From Hydrolagus colliei (Eukaryota): a stretch of DNA of 64,000 bases. The translations under genes and the position numbers were made by a program. Under the pieces are notes generated by a model that made no database searches, was not told the origin of the DNA, and saw only the letters and a list, made by a program, of their open reading frames with translations. The number at the start of each line of letters is the position of its first letter. Positions within the stretch are counted from its first letter, which is position 1. Of this stretch, positions 23,815 through 35,885 are shown piece by piece. The stretch covers positions 54,560,001-54,624,000 of the forward strand of contig CM068745.1 in assembly GCA_035084275.1 (NCBI GenBank). Reading direction: 5' to 3'.

Positions 23815-24890
23815 ATTTTGCTCTAGACTCGACCACGCCATTCTCCTCCACTACCTCTCCTCACTTAGCCCCTTAGTTGGACCACCTTTGCATGGTTCGA
23901 GTCTTACCTAAACAACTGCTTCTATTTCATCTTTGCAAATTGTTTTGCCTCCTGCCCCACCGGTCACCTGCAGGGCACCAACGGCTCCATCTTTGGCCTA
24001 GTTTTTGTTTGTCTATATAGTGCATTTGATATAGTGCTTTCCACATTTTCAAGATGTCTCAACATGCTTCATAGACTATATTATAAAGTGAATTGACTAT
24101 ATATTTGTGGGCGAAACGTGGCAGCCAATTGTGCATAGGAATGTCACACAAGCAGTTGTGGATTGAAATGTCCAATTTTTTTTTCTTGAGGGATTTTTAT
24201 CAGGCATGTGGAGTAAGGAAAATTGCCCAAGGTTTTGCCCAGTCTGGAATTCAATCCAGGTCTCTCTCTTGTAAGGTGAGTGCTCTAACCATTGAGCTCC
24301 TCTTCACTCTGGGCGATGTCATCCACAAACATGGGTAAAGTTCCACATGTTTGATGATGACACACAAATCTACTTTGCCTCCTCCACTAAGAACACCAGG
24401 TGTTCTATCAGCTTTCCTTCATGGCCTGGATCAGTGTAAACTTCCTGCAGCTGAATGTGGAAAAGACAGAAGCCATACTCCTTGGTTCCCGTCAACTCCT
24501 GTGGAACTCAGCTTCTCAACCTCCCTGGCCTCTTCTTTAGACTCAACGAATCAGTGCACATTCTAGGCATTTGGTTCAACCCCCCAGCTGTCTCTTCTCC
24601 CCAGATCCGGGACCTGACCAGGATCACTTTTTTCCACATACACCGCATTGGTCGACTCCGATCGTACCTTACCCCAAATGCAGCTCAAACTCTTGTGCAT
24701 GCGTTTGTCACCTCCTGCTTGGACTACCCAAGTACACCTTACTGCTCATTCAGAACACCAAAAGATTCAGCTCATTCAGAACACCAATGTCCACATACTT
24801 CACCTGCTAAGGGAGAGGCTCTGCCACATTTAAGCGCTCTGAAACTCTACCGTGTGTGGGGGGGCGCAATATAAGTAAAATATTTTGTTG
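23815..24890 (+). mobile_element. L2 LINE RT/3' fragment interrupted by a SINE
   Basis: gaccacgccattctcctcc (DHAILL), ...FFHIHRIGRLRSYLTPNAAQTLVHAFVTSCLDY, tail aagcgctct...ttttgttgt. Confidence 0.8.
24015..24299 (-). mobile_element. SINE family A nested in L2
   Basis: gcatttgatatagtgc ... gtgctctaaccattgagct. Confidence 0.85.
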
Positions 24891-24894
24891 TAGA

Positions 24895-25050
24895 GCATTT
24901 ATGCCACAGTAACTCAAATTGTGGGCAAGACTCCTGGTCTAGCATGATGAATGAGAGCACTGTATAGCTTGACTTTGCTTCTGGTGCTATTAACCCAAAT
25001 TTTGGTAAAGTAGCCTAAAATCTTATTTGCCTTGTTTATTGCTGCCTTAC
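24895..25050 (-). mobile_element. degenerate CR1 fragment
   Basis: translation SKQCKAAINKANKILGY...KLYSALI matches the CR1 ORF2 C-terminal region. Confidence 0.65.
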
Positions 25051-25164
25051 ATTGTTTTGACATAAAGAGGCATAAAAACCTTGGGTGTTCCAACTTCCTT
25101 TGCACACTCTGCAACATATCTGCCTTTTATTTTTATTTCCTAAACACATTGCCTTCCTTCTTTC

Positions 25165-25480
25165 TCGAGACAGTGGTTCATCCTGTTGTGCAGATCCATG
25201 TGTCAATAGCCCGCAGTGCGTCATCCAAGAGGTCATTTTTACATGTGAGCCCGAACAATAAGTGTTGACTGAGAGCATCACAGCTGAGCTCAGTTCTCTC
25301 CTCACCTGACATGTACAAATACAAGCTTTCCAGCACGGTTCAGCAGATAGTGAACAGGAGCGTGACCTCTGACGGATTTTTCTTCTCCCTACTGAGGCTT
25401 GCTGATTTATGACAGACCCAGGATCAAATCTTGGACTTACCTGTTGTATTTCGCTCAGTACCATAGCAGATGGTGCTTTC
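25165..25480 (-). mobile_element. SINE family C
   Basis: catgtgagccc..agtgttg..gcatcacagctgagc..cctcacctgac..ctttccagca..acagacccaggatcaaa; collinear with 46235-46622. Confidence 0.6.
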
Positions 25481-26559
25481 AAGTCACGACTGAACAATGT
25501 GTTTTAGCTGTAATTGGAATGCAGTTTTGTCATATTATACAAATTGTTAGTGACACGGAGCCTGTCTTTTTTTTCCTTCTAATGTTCATTCAACTTATTA
25601 GTTAAAACTAAAAGAGAATCTTCCATTCACACATCAAAAATAATTAATCCGGAAAACATATAGAATTCTGTGGAAAGTAGGGATTTAATACATCAAAACA
25701 CCTCAAAGCACTTTATAGTGAATTACTGTAAATTGTGGGCAAAATGGAGCAGTTATCTACACCAGGAAAGTCCAACAAATAGTCATGAATGTTAGTGTTG
25801 CTGTGGGAAACAGAAAACAGAAATTACAAGTCACCCTACACTAGAATGTTATGTGTAAAGTCAAATATGAAACTGAAGGAAAACATGTTTTAGATAGTTG
25901 AAGCAAAAGATATCAGAGTGCATTGCCACTTTTAAAATTCAGACTGCAGCATAATGGTAGCTAAACAGTATGCATTAAAAATCAAGCATAGAGTGACTTC
26001 AGTGTTACAACACAGTTTGGGACCATTAATGAGGCAATTGACTGAGTCATGACCTAAAAAAGAATCTTGCACTGTACCTGAGAGGGAAATAGAGCATGGA
26101 TGGCATAAAAAGTATACTCTGTTCCAATATAATCCAGGAAGTCTCTGACCGTTTTGGACCACGGAGGAGAAAGGAAGGTTCTAGCCACATTGCCAGGCTG
26201 GGGCTGTTGTGGAGAAGGCCCTATTAAGCGCAACACAGAGACTGTGAGTACCCGGGGGGAAAAGAAGAATGAGAGTGAGGCAGAGAAGTGGTGCAGAACA
26301 TTGACCATTTCAAACTCATGTAACTGCAACCTTGTATGTCTGGTGGAGCTACTGAGTCTTGTCTAAAGATGTTGTTGTACTAAACATGAAAAAGAAATAC
26401 ATTTCAGTTATAATCATTCTAGATGCACTCTGAAGTAAAAATTCTGAGAAAATTGATATGATTTAGGTGCATGTGTCTTTCCCAGCACTCCTTTCATTCT
26501 TTCAAACAGATTCTCCAACACCACCAACTTTAGTGTAATCATTTGGGATTGAAGATGAT

Positions 26560-26875
26560 AATAATAATTATTTCATTTGATGTTGCGCCTTATTATGTTG
26601 TTGAAATAAAATGATTCACGGGTACACTGTAGAGTGGATTGATTGTATGCCCCTCATGCAGAGCTTGACATAGTAGCTGAAAGTGCAGCTGCCAATAGTA
26701 GAACAGAGGGATACGCAGAAGGACGGACCCATTTGAGAGGAGGCAGCGGATTGTGGGATGGGGGTAAGCAGGTTGGAGAAGTAGGGAGGTGCCAAGGCAT
26801 GAAGGTATTTGAAAATGTGTGTGAAGATCTCGAAATTGATCTATTTGGTGACAGGGAGTCACTAGAGTCTGGCTA
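26560..26875 (-). mobile_element. degenerate L2 3' end
   Basis: (ata)n tail, gctgaaagtgcagctgccaat, ggagaagtagggaggtgccaaggcatgaagg. Confidence 0.55.
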
Positions 26876-26946
26876 GAACACATACTTTGTGTGGTAATTA
26901 TCAAAGGTTGCTTTTTTATAATGTCATAGGTATGCCCATATCATAC

Positions 26947-28415
26947 TAGGGAATGGCAATATGGGAATTTCCCGATATGGATATATCGGTTGGCTCATAT
27001 CGACATATACCGATCTATCGATATTTTTGTTTTTTTCGTACTGCGCATGCGCGCGCGCATCGGAGTGCGCGCGCATTCCGGGTGAGCGCGCACTCGGGGC
27101 CTATCTTCTCAGGAGGTAAATATCTTTCTCTCTCTGTGTCTCTCACTCTCTCCATCTCTGTGTTTTTCTGTCTGTGTGTCTGTGTGTCTCTCTCCCTCTC
27201 TCCTCTCTCACATCCCCCCCCATCTCTACCTATCTGTATATTATCACATCCACCCCGTCTCTCTCCCCCCCCCCCCTCTCTCGCACCCCCCACCCCCGTT
27301 GTCTCTCTCCCCACCCCCCCCCAGCCGTCTCTTTCTCCCTCCCCCCCCAGCCGTCTCTCTCACACCCCCAACCGTCTTTCTCCCCCCAGCTGTCTCTCTC
27401 CCCCTCCCCCCAGCCGTCTCTCTCCCCCTCGCCCCAGCCGTCTCTCTCCCCCTCCCTCCAGCCGTCTCTTTCCTCCTCTCCTCCCCCCCCCAGCCGTATC
27501 TCTCCCCCTCTCCTCCCCCCCCAAGCCGTCTCTCTCCCCCTCTCCCCCCCCCAGCCGTCTCTCTCCCCCTCTCCCCCCCCCCAGCCGTCTCTCTCCCCCT
27601 CAACCCCCCCCAGCCGTCTCTCTCCCCCTCTCCTCCCCCCCCCAGCCGTCTCTCTCCCCCTCACCCCCCCAGCTGTCACTCTCCCCCTCACCCCCCCCCC
27701 CCAGCTGTCTCTCTCCCCCTCACCCCCCCCAGCAGTCTCTCTCCCCCTCTCCTCCCCCCCCACAGCCGTCTCTCTCCCCCTCTCCCCTCCCCCCAGCGGT
27801 CTCTCTCCCCCTCACCCCCCCCAGCCGTCTCTCTCCCCCTCACCCCCCCCCAGTGGTCTCTCTCCCCCTCACCCCCCACCCCCCCCAGCTGTCTCTCTTC
27901 CCCTCAACCCCCCCCCCCAGCAGTCTCTCTCCCCCTCACCCCCCCCCCCCAGCCGTCTCTCTCCCCCTCACCCCCCCCAGCAGTCTCTCTCCCCCTCACC
28001 CCTCCCCCCCAGCCATCTCTCTCCCCCTCACCCCCAACCCCCCCCCCCCCCCCCCCAGCCGTATCTCTCCCCCTCTCCTCCCCCCAGCCGTCTATCTCCC
28101 CTCACCACCCCCCCAGCTGTCTCTCACCCCCTCACCCTCCCACCCCCAGCCGTCTCTCTCACCCCCCAGCCCTTGCATACCTGTATATTGTATTCGAGGA
28201 CTGTGAATACAATATGGCGGCTTTGCACCTCGGTCTGTGCATTGTGTATAGAGATGAGCATTCTGGGTCTTGTAGTTCAGTGTGCTCGCATCCCGATTTT
28301 TTACCTCGATATACCGTTTTTCGATATATCGATATTTTTTAAACGTCTATATCGGCATATCGATATGAAAATCATATCGGGTTTCAGCGATATATCGACA
28401 TATCGCCGTTCCCTA
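26947..28415 (+). mobile_element. non-autonomous hAT, copy 3 (TIR subtype A), 1469 bp
   Basis: TAGGGAATGGCAATAT (CpG-decayed) ... ATATCGCCGTTCCCTA; perfect TSD TATCATAC (26939-26946 and 28416-28423). Confidence 0.95.
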
Positions 28416-28852
28416 TATCATACATGGGAAATTATACCCTAATATTCCAAGTACATACAGGAGAGGCACAGAGGGTTCATTTTTGTTGTATTTCTGTCTG
28501 GAATTTTGTAATTAAGAATCCTTAGAAATCTGTGTGTCTCTGACTTGTGAGAATGTTCCAACTGTATTTTTAGAGCAGTGAATCCCTTAAATTTGTTGAC
28601 TCACTTTGGTTGCTGGAAAGAGTCCATTTTTTGATCTGTTTATTAAGAAATACTATCAAGTAGTACCACAATATGGAACTCATAGAATAAACTAAGCACA
28701 GTTCAACAGCCATTTACACATCAAATCGACAGCCAGAGAGCAAGGCCTCAATTTTCTGCCATATTAATATCTTGGAGTGGTGTGCTTTTTAAAAATATAT
28801 ATATTCTTTATGAACCATTCAGCAAAACTGCACTAATATTCAAATCGCCATT

Positions 28853-30352
28853 TTGAACTTGATTCTATTTGTTCACTGCGCTACTATGTGGACATTATAG
28901 AAGAAAAATAAATGTATGTCATGTGTTACGAATGGCTGTGAGCAATAAATCATAAATGTTATCTTCCCAGACATTAATACGAGTCAATGCCATTACTAAC
29001 TGTTTTGATTTACCACTGGTCTGCTTATAGTGTAGAATTGCTCTATCCTGGAAGTGTAGGACATTCAACTCCAGTGCTGAGTGGCCAGTAGGGTCCGTCG
29101 ATATGGAAATTTTTCGATTAAATATATTGAAGGGCTCATATCGAGATATACCGAAATATCGATATTTTGGGGTTTTCGAACTGCGCATGCGCGTTCCGGG
29201 TGCGCGCGCATTCCAGGTGCGCGCGCTTTCGGCGCCTACCTCCTCAGGAGGTAAATATCTTTCTCTCTCTGTGTCTCTCACTCTCTCCATCTCTGTGTTT
29301 TTCTGTCTGTGTGTCTCTGTGTCTCTCTCCCTCTCTCCTCTCTCACATCCCCCCCATCTCTATCTATCTGTATATTATCACATCCACCCCGTCTCTCCCA
29401 CCCACCCCCCCGCCGTCCCTCTCTCGCACCCCCCACCCCCGTCGTCTCTCTCCCCCACCACCCCGCCAGCCGTCTCTTTCTCCCTCCCCCACGCCGTCTC
29501 TCTCCCCCCCCCCCCCTCCCCCCCTCCCCCCCTCCCCCCAGCTGTCTCTCTCCCCCTCTCCTCCCCACCACCCAGCCATCTCTCTCCCCCCCCCCCCGCC
29601 GTCTCTCTCCCCCTCCCCCCAGCCGTCTCTCTCTCCCCCCCAGCCATCTCTCTCCCCCTCCCCCCAGCCGTCCCTCTCCCCCCAGCTGTCTCTCTCCCCC
29701 TCTCCTCCCCCCCCAGCCGTCTCTCTCCCCCTTCCCTCAGCCGTCCCTCTCCCCATCTCCTCCCCCCACAGCCATCCCTCTCCCCCTCCCCCCAGCCGTC
29801 TCTCTCCCCCTCCCCCCAGCCGCCTCTCTCCCCCTCCCCCCAGCCGCCTCTCTCCCCCTCTCCCCCTTTCCCCCCCCCCCAGCCATCTCTCTCCCCCTCC
29901 CCCCTGCCGTCTCTCTCCCCCTCACCACCCCACCCCCAGCCATCTCTTCCCCCCCCCCCCCCCCCCTCACCCCTTGCATACCTGTATATTGTATTCGGGG
30001 ACTATGAATACAATATGGCGGCTTTGCACCTCGGTCTGTGCATTGTGTATCGAGATGAGCATTCTGGGTCTTGCAGTTCGGTGTGCTCGCATCCCGATTT
30101 TTCCCCTCGATATATAGATTTTTCGATATATCGATATTTTTGAAATGTCTATATCGGCTTATCGATATGAAAATTATATCGGGTTTTAGCGATATATCGA
30201 TATATCGCCGGACCCTACTGGCCAGCTTTGCATGGTATAAAAGGTGTTGCTGATATCACTTCATGGAGGAAGTGGGGTCAGAGGTATTTCTTGAACTTGA
30301 TTCTATTTGTTCATTGCAATATTATGTGGACATCACAAAGGAAAAATAAATG
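28853..30352 (+). repeat. pair of diverged 62-bp direct repeats (28853-28914 and 30291-30352)
   Basis: ttgaacttgattctatttgttcaYtgc...tatgtggacat...gaaaaataaatg occurs twice. Confidence 0.85.
29089..30217 (+). mobile_element. non-autonomous hAT, copy 4 (TIR subtype B), 1129 bp
   Basis: TAGGGTCCGTCGATAT ... ATATCGCCGGACCCTA; TSD GTGGCCAG / CTGGCCAG (7 of 8). Confidence 0.95.
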
Positions 30353-30639
30353 GATGGTATGCTGAAAGATTTCATAGACAAATGGTCTTTGAAAATTGAT
30401 CAGCCATGTGTCAGGCATATTTGGTTTTCCTGGTTAAAACTGATTGCGCTCAGCTGCTGCTCAATACACCTTTTTATCCTCTTACATATCTTGATTTGGC
30501 AGGAGGCTTTGACGTTACATGACATTGACGTTCCATGACAAATGCAAGGATTATTAATATAATGCATGCACAGTATGCAGGGTGTGACATCAAATATGCT
30601 TCATGCATCAGGCGCTGGCATCATCAATCTCCAAGGTTG

Positions 30640-31400
30640 CTCACTTGACCTCACCAAGCCAGTCAGCAAGGTGTCTTGTTCGATCTTCAACTATCTTTCC
30701 TCCCCTACATCCAAGCAATGATTCACTCTGCCTTCCCTCATCTCCGCAATATTGCCCGACTCCACCATTACCTTACTGCCTAAGGCCGCTGATACCCTCA
30801 TAGATGCCTTCATTACATCCTGGCTAGACTATGAAAATGCCTTGCTTGTCGGCATTCCCAATTCCTCCCTCCGCAGATTGCGGATGATCCAGAACTCTGT
30901 GGCCCATGTCCTCTACTGCTCCAAGCTTCGTGACCCCATCTCCCCCATCCTTGCCCGACTCCATTGGCTCCCCATCATCCAGAGGATCCAATTCAAGATC
31001 CTAGTCCTTACATTTAAAGCCCTCCATGGCCTTGCTCCACCCTACATCCATGAGAGTCTAACCCCCTACCAACCTGCCCGCCCCCTCTGCTCAGCAAGCT
31101 CTGGCCTGCTCCATGTCCCCACCCACCTGCCCCAGCATTGGCAGGCGAGCCTTTAGCTACTCTGCCCCCAACCTTTGGAACTCCACCCAGGAGTCCCTCC
31201 GCCTTGCCCCCTCCCTGCTTCCTTCAAATCCCGATTCAAGACCTTCCTCTTCGATGGTCCATTCGGCTACAACAAATCCCCCCCTTCCCTCCATCCCCTT
31301 GTCCTCAGCTCGGGTCTGAAACATTGACTGTCCAGTGCCTTGGGACATCCTGCTGACTTGAAAGGTGCTTTACAAGCGCAATGTTGTTGTTGTTGTTGCT
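30640..31400 (+). mobile_element. L2 LINE 3' end
   Basis: AADTLIDAFITSWLDYENALLVGIP...ISPILARLHWLPIIQRIQFKILVLTFKALHGLAPPYI; tail ends in (tgt)n. Confidence 0.9.
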
Positions 31401-32814
31401 TCCTGCACATATTGTATATTAGCAGAAAGTGAGGCAAATGGCAATCTGTTGACCTCCACAGAAGGTGGACACATTTTACACTTTATTTGAATGCTGAGGT
31501 TTGAATTCATAGGCCTAAGACACTGTGTTATAATACGGTTGTGCTTTACTATAGTGCATTCCATTATATATTTTAAAAAATCAAGAGCCACAAATTAAGT
31601 TTGCTATTTCAACATCTGTTGTATTTGCATGGATGAAGTAAGTGCAGCACAAAGCTGCATTGAGTAAAATGCAGACACAATAGGCAAAACAAATTTTTTG
31701 CTTGGACATAGTTCATCAAATTTTACTCTTCATCAAAATATATCTGACATAGAAAATATTGCCTTATCTCCCAAGGTTTCCGATCTCAAGAGAGAGTCTG
31801 TGCATATTTAGCTCTTATTTAGTGTTGAATTAAATTGCTGAAGTTTCAGTTGCTTTTGTTGGAGTCTCTGCAAATATGATTTGATGCTGGTGCTGAATTC
31901 AATAGAAATATAATCCACACTGAATTCAATACAAATATAGTGGAGTTTGTATTAGCATCTTTCCCATTGGGAGGACATCTCATAGCGCTTTGCATTGCTG
32001 GCTGGGCACCCAGGCTGAGGGTAGGAGCCAAGGACAGTGGGGAGGGGAGAAATGATTGAAAGAATCTCACAAAGGTGACTTTACCAGTGATATGAAAGGG
32101 AATTGCAATCTACAACATGTCTATATTTTGTTCTGTTGAATGCCCCAGTACTATATTTGAATCTATCTAACCCACAAAGATGATGCAGTAATAACAGACT
32201 GAAATAATAATTTGTCTAGCTATTTGGGATGAACATGACATGCGGTAGATAAGAAATATAAAGAGCTTTGTTGTTCTGTCTTGAGCATGTATATCAGATA
32301 CCTCATCATTCATTTTAGAGTGTACCACAGGAACATAATCAAGGGAATTGCAGTGGAGATTGCCTCAATGTTGATGTGTGCATGCAAGGCTCATTCTGTT
32401 GTGCGTTTGGGCTTCAATTTAGTGACTTTTAGAAAGGTTGAAATAAACTGGGCAAGTGTTTGTTTTTTAATGCTTGCGGCATTTCCAAAGCTTTATTTTC
32501 CCTCTCGTAAACTATGAAGTTAACAATATAATAGTGATTTGTCCCTTTATGAATTAGAATTGTAGCAAATCCTAAATTGGAGCAGACTGTACAGTAACAT
32601 CTCCTGATCTATTTCCTAGAAGGCAAGTTATGTGTCATACTGACAAAAGTACATGGAAAATGTGTAACGCCAAATTTGCACTGCTGGAAGCAAAGTTATG
32701 TCAATTCCAGCAGTAAACTGATTAAAAGCCGTAAGTGTGATTTATATTTCACACTTCCACTTGTATTGGCTGAAAAGACATCTTCAGGTGCAGAATGACT
32801 CTTTAATAGGAGTC

Positions 32815-33000
32815 AGTCTGGTTCAATTGCCTCTGAGTCAGAAGTTTGTGGGTTCAAGCACTTGTCATCATTTGAGCTCTTAGTCTATGTTTGGAGAGCA
32901 CTGCATTCTCAGCGATCTTATTTTTTGTTCAAGATATTGAACAGAGATCTTGTCTCCCTGTTCAGGTATATATTAAGAATGTCCCAGAACTATTACAGAA
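32815..33000 (+). mobile_element. SINE family B 5' part
   Basis: gcctctgagtcagaagtttgtgggttcaag head. Confidence 0.55.
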
Positions 33001-33004
33001 GAAA

Positions 33005-33370
33005 AATAATAACTTATATAGCGCCCTCCACACAGGATAGTGTCTCAGAGCACGTAATGGTGCTGCAACCTGACTATGAGCCAGGTGGGGATGCGGAGGA
33101 AGTGACAGTAATCATTGTTGAAAAGTTGGGTTTTCAGGTGGGACTTGAAATAGAGGAGAGAGAGGGCAAGGTGGAGGGGATGAGCTTGAGTGTTCCAGAG
33201 TTTCACGACGTAATTGCTGAAAGCGCAACCTCCGACGTTGAAGGCATTTGAACACAAGTGGAAGGCTCGCCAAGTGGGAGCATATACATGAGAAAAGAAG
33301 TGGGTCATGAATGGAGCCCTGATATACTGCAGGTGATCAGAAGGGGCTGGGAGGAAATAGAAAAGATAGT
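33005..33370 (-). mobile_element. L2 3' end
   Basis: reverse frame GGCAFSNYVVKLWN...FKSHLKTQLF. Confidence 0.75.
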
Positions 33371-33454
33371 GTCTTGGCCAGTAAATCTACAAAAGATAGT
33401 ATTGGTCATTTCATAGCTATTTTAGCTGTTTTGTGCACAACGGCTCTGCATTCA

Positions 33455-33860
33455 ACAACAGCACCATGCATTTATATAGCGTCGTCCATGCCGGGCGGCA
33501 TCTCAGAGCGCTTCGCAATGGTAGAGCCCGAGGACAAGCCAGGGGGAGCGGGAAGGTAACCGTAAGCTCGGTCGAAGGGACCGGTCTTCAGGTGTGACCT
33601 GAAGATGGGAAAGGAGTGGGTGAGGTGAAGGGATTGAAGGAGGGATTTCCAAAGTTTCAGGGCTTGGTGGCTGAATGCACGGCCGCCAATGGTGGAGCAG
33701 AGGATTCGGGTACAAGGAAGAGGTTGGACCCAATAGCGTGGAGGCAGCAGGTTCTACTGTGTAGAGACAGGAGGTTGGAGAGGTAGGGGTATGCCAAGGA
33801 GTGAAGGGATTTAAACAGAAAAGTGAGAATCTTGAAGTCAATCCATTCTGTGGCAGTGGA
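33455..33860 (-). mobile_element. L2 3' end
   Basis: reverse frame WIDFKILTFLFKSLHSLAYPYLSNLL; tail gcatttatatagcg. Confidence 0.8.
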
Positions 33861-34099
33861 GTTTAGCAAAGACTTGAGTAGTCCGGGTACGAAGTTTGAT
33901 AATTTGGATTCATACATTCACATACAGTCTCTGCAGGTTTTGGTAAATTTGGTAAAGCACTTTGAGATGTTTTGACGATGAAATAAGATGCTATATCAAA
34001 AAGGAATTATATTTTTTAATGATTTACAAGTAATCACTGTTAACTTTACTGATTATTTTGTAGGCAAATGCAGTAGTCAGTTGACCAGCAAGGTCCGCT

Positions 34100-34865
34100 A
34101 AACAACAACAACAAAATTACATTTGTATCGGGTCTTTCACATCAGGAGGACATCCTAAGGTGCTGGACAGTCAGTGTTTCAGACCCAAACCAGGGTTGAG
34201 ATCAGGGAGATGGAAGGGAGGGGATAGGGGGTAACTGATAGTACTGTCAAAGAGGAGTGTCTTGAGGCAGGACTTAAAGGAGGCTAGGGAGGGGTGAGGC
34301 AGAGGGATTGTGAGATGGAATTCCAAAGGTTGGGAGCAGAGTGGCTCTGTTGGTTGGTCGGTGGAGAAGGAGCTGGCTGGAGCCCGCTGAATGGAGGGTG
34401 CAGACAGTTTGGTAGGGGCGTAGGAGGGGTGAGGTTGTGGCGGAGTCAGGCAATGTTGTGGAGGTGAGGGAAGGCAGAGCAGGTCATGGTGTGGATGTGG
34501 GGAAAGAAAGACAGTTGAGTATCGAACAAGACACCTTGGTTCCTGACTGGTTTAGTCAGGAGGGCTTCGGTCTTGTTGACATTCAACTGTAGAAAGTATG
34601 TCTCATCCAGGATTTGGTGTCCGAAAGGCAGTCTGTCAGGACAGCAGTGGTCCCGGAATCAAGGATCGAGGCAGAACAATAGACAAAATACTACAGATGC
34701 TGGAAACAATAGAGTTGGGTGTCATACGCACACGTGTAGAAGTTGACCCCATGTCTGTGGATGATGTCACCAGTGGGAGTACTTAGATATTGAAAAAGGC
34801 CAAGCACAGAGCCCTGGGGGATGCCACAGGTGACATTGCAGGGGTTGGAGGAGAAGCCACTAGCG
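34100..34865 (-). mobile_element. L2 3' fragment with internal deletion
   Basis: (aac)n tail; 3' UTR matches 31260-31400 in reverse; gtggcatcccccagggctctgtgcttgg (GIPQGSVLG) on minus. Confidence 0.8.
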
Positions 34866-35144
34866 GTGGGAAAAAGTTTTTAAACTGGATGATTAATTAA
34901 TCTGGAAATAATATCTTCTCTTTACAAATAGTCTCTCATGGAACTTTCGTTCTCCTACTCTGAAATTTCCCTTGTTTCATGGACAATACATTGAAGAACA
35001 ATTTGTCCCACCCAAACCATCCAGACAATGATAGTTGTAACTAAAGAAACATTCTACTGTAATCAATGATTCATAAAGTCAAGTAGTGATTTTTTAAAAC
35101 CAGGTAAAGTAAATTCTCAATATGATTGTCCAGGCAGAAATCAG

Positions 35145-35885
35145 AGAAAATCTCATCTGACCATTTTGATTGACTTTTGTGAGGAGACGACTGCTCAGTT
35201 TGACTGTAGGAGGCCATATGACATAATGCATCTAAATTTCCAACAGGCTTTTGACGAAGAACACATGAAAGATTCCTTCACAATGTATCAAGGGCAAGAC
35301 ATGGACATGGATTCAGAGTTGGCTGAAGGGGAAGAAGCAGAGATGTATTGGTAGGGGAACTAGGTCAAAATCGGCGAAGGTATTAAGCGATATGCCACAG
35401 AGTGTTATGTGAGGTCTCTTCCTTATTGCTTGTATACATTTGTTACCTGGACTGAGTGTAACATTGTTTAATTTGTAGATGACACCAAGTTGGAAGAGGG
35501 GAATTGCAGTAAAAATATAATAATAATAATTGTGGCATTTGATTATAGCTCCTTATCACTTCAAGCCGTCTCAAAGAGCTTCACAGAATATACTGTAAAG
35601 TGAACTAACTGTATATTTTGTGGACAAAACATGGAAACCTATTGCTTGCAGCAGTGTCCCACAAACAGTTGTGGATTGAGTTACCAAATTACAACAAAAA
35701 GTTAATTGACTATTAACCCCAGAAAAGTGATCAACCAATTGGCTAACAGATGAGTAATTGAGGCCAGGACACTAGACTAGTTTAAAACATCAGCTTGATC
35801 CTGGGGATGGAAAGTTAGTGCAATGGGTATTCTGAAAGGAAGAGATCAAATGGGTTGAAGGGCCTTCCTCATTCAAACCAATCTG
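35145..35885 (+). mobile_element. degenerate CR1 (RT pieces + 3' tail) split by a SINE
   Basis: LIDFCEETT...DIMHLNFQQAFD, tttgtagatgacaccaagtt (FVDDTKL), aaatgggttgaagggccttcctc tail. Confidence 0.7.
35517..35700 (-). mobile_element. SINE family A, 3' half
   Basis: (taa)n, cttcacagaatatactgtaaagtgaa, gcagtgtcccacaaacagttgtggattga. Confidence 0.8.

Noticed and set aside
31316-31329. ctgaaacattgact shared between the L2 3' UTR and the Penelope hammerhead region
   Set aside because: Short match with no CTGATGA box upstream in the L2; treated as coincidence
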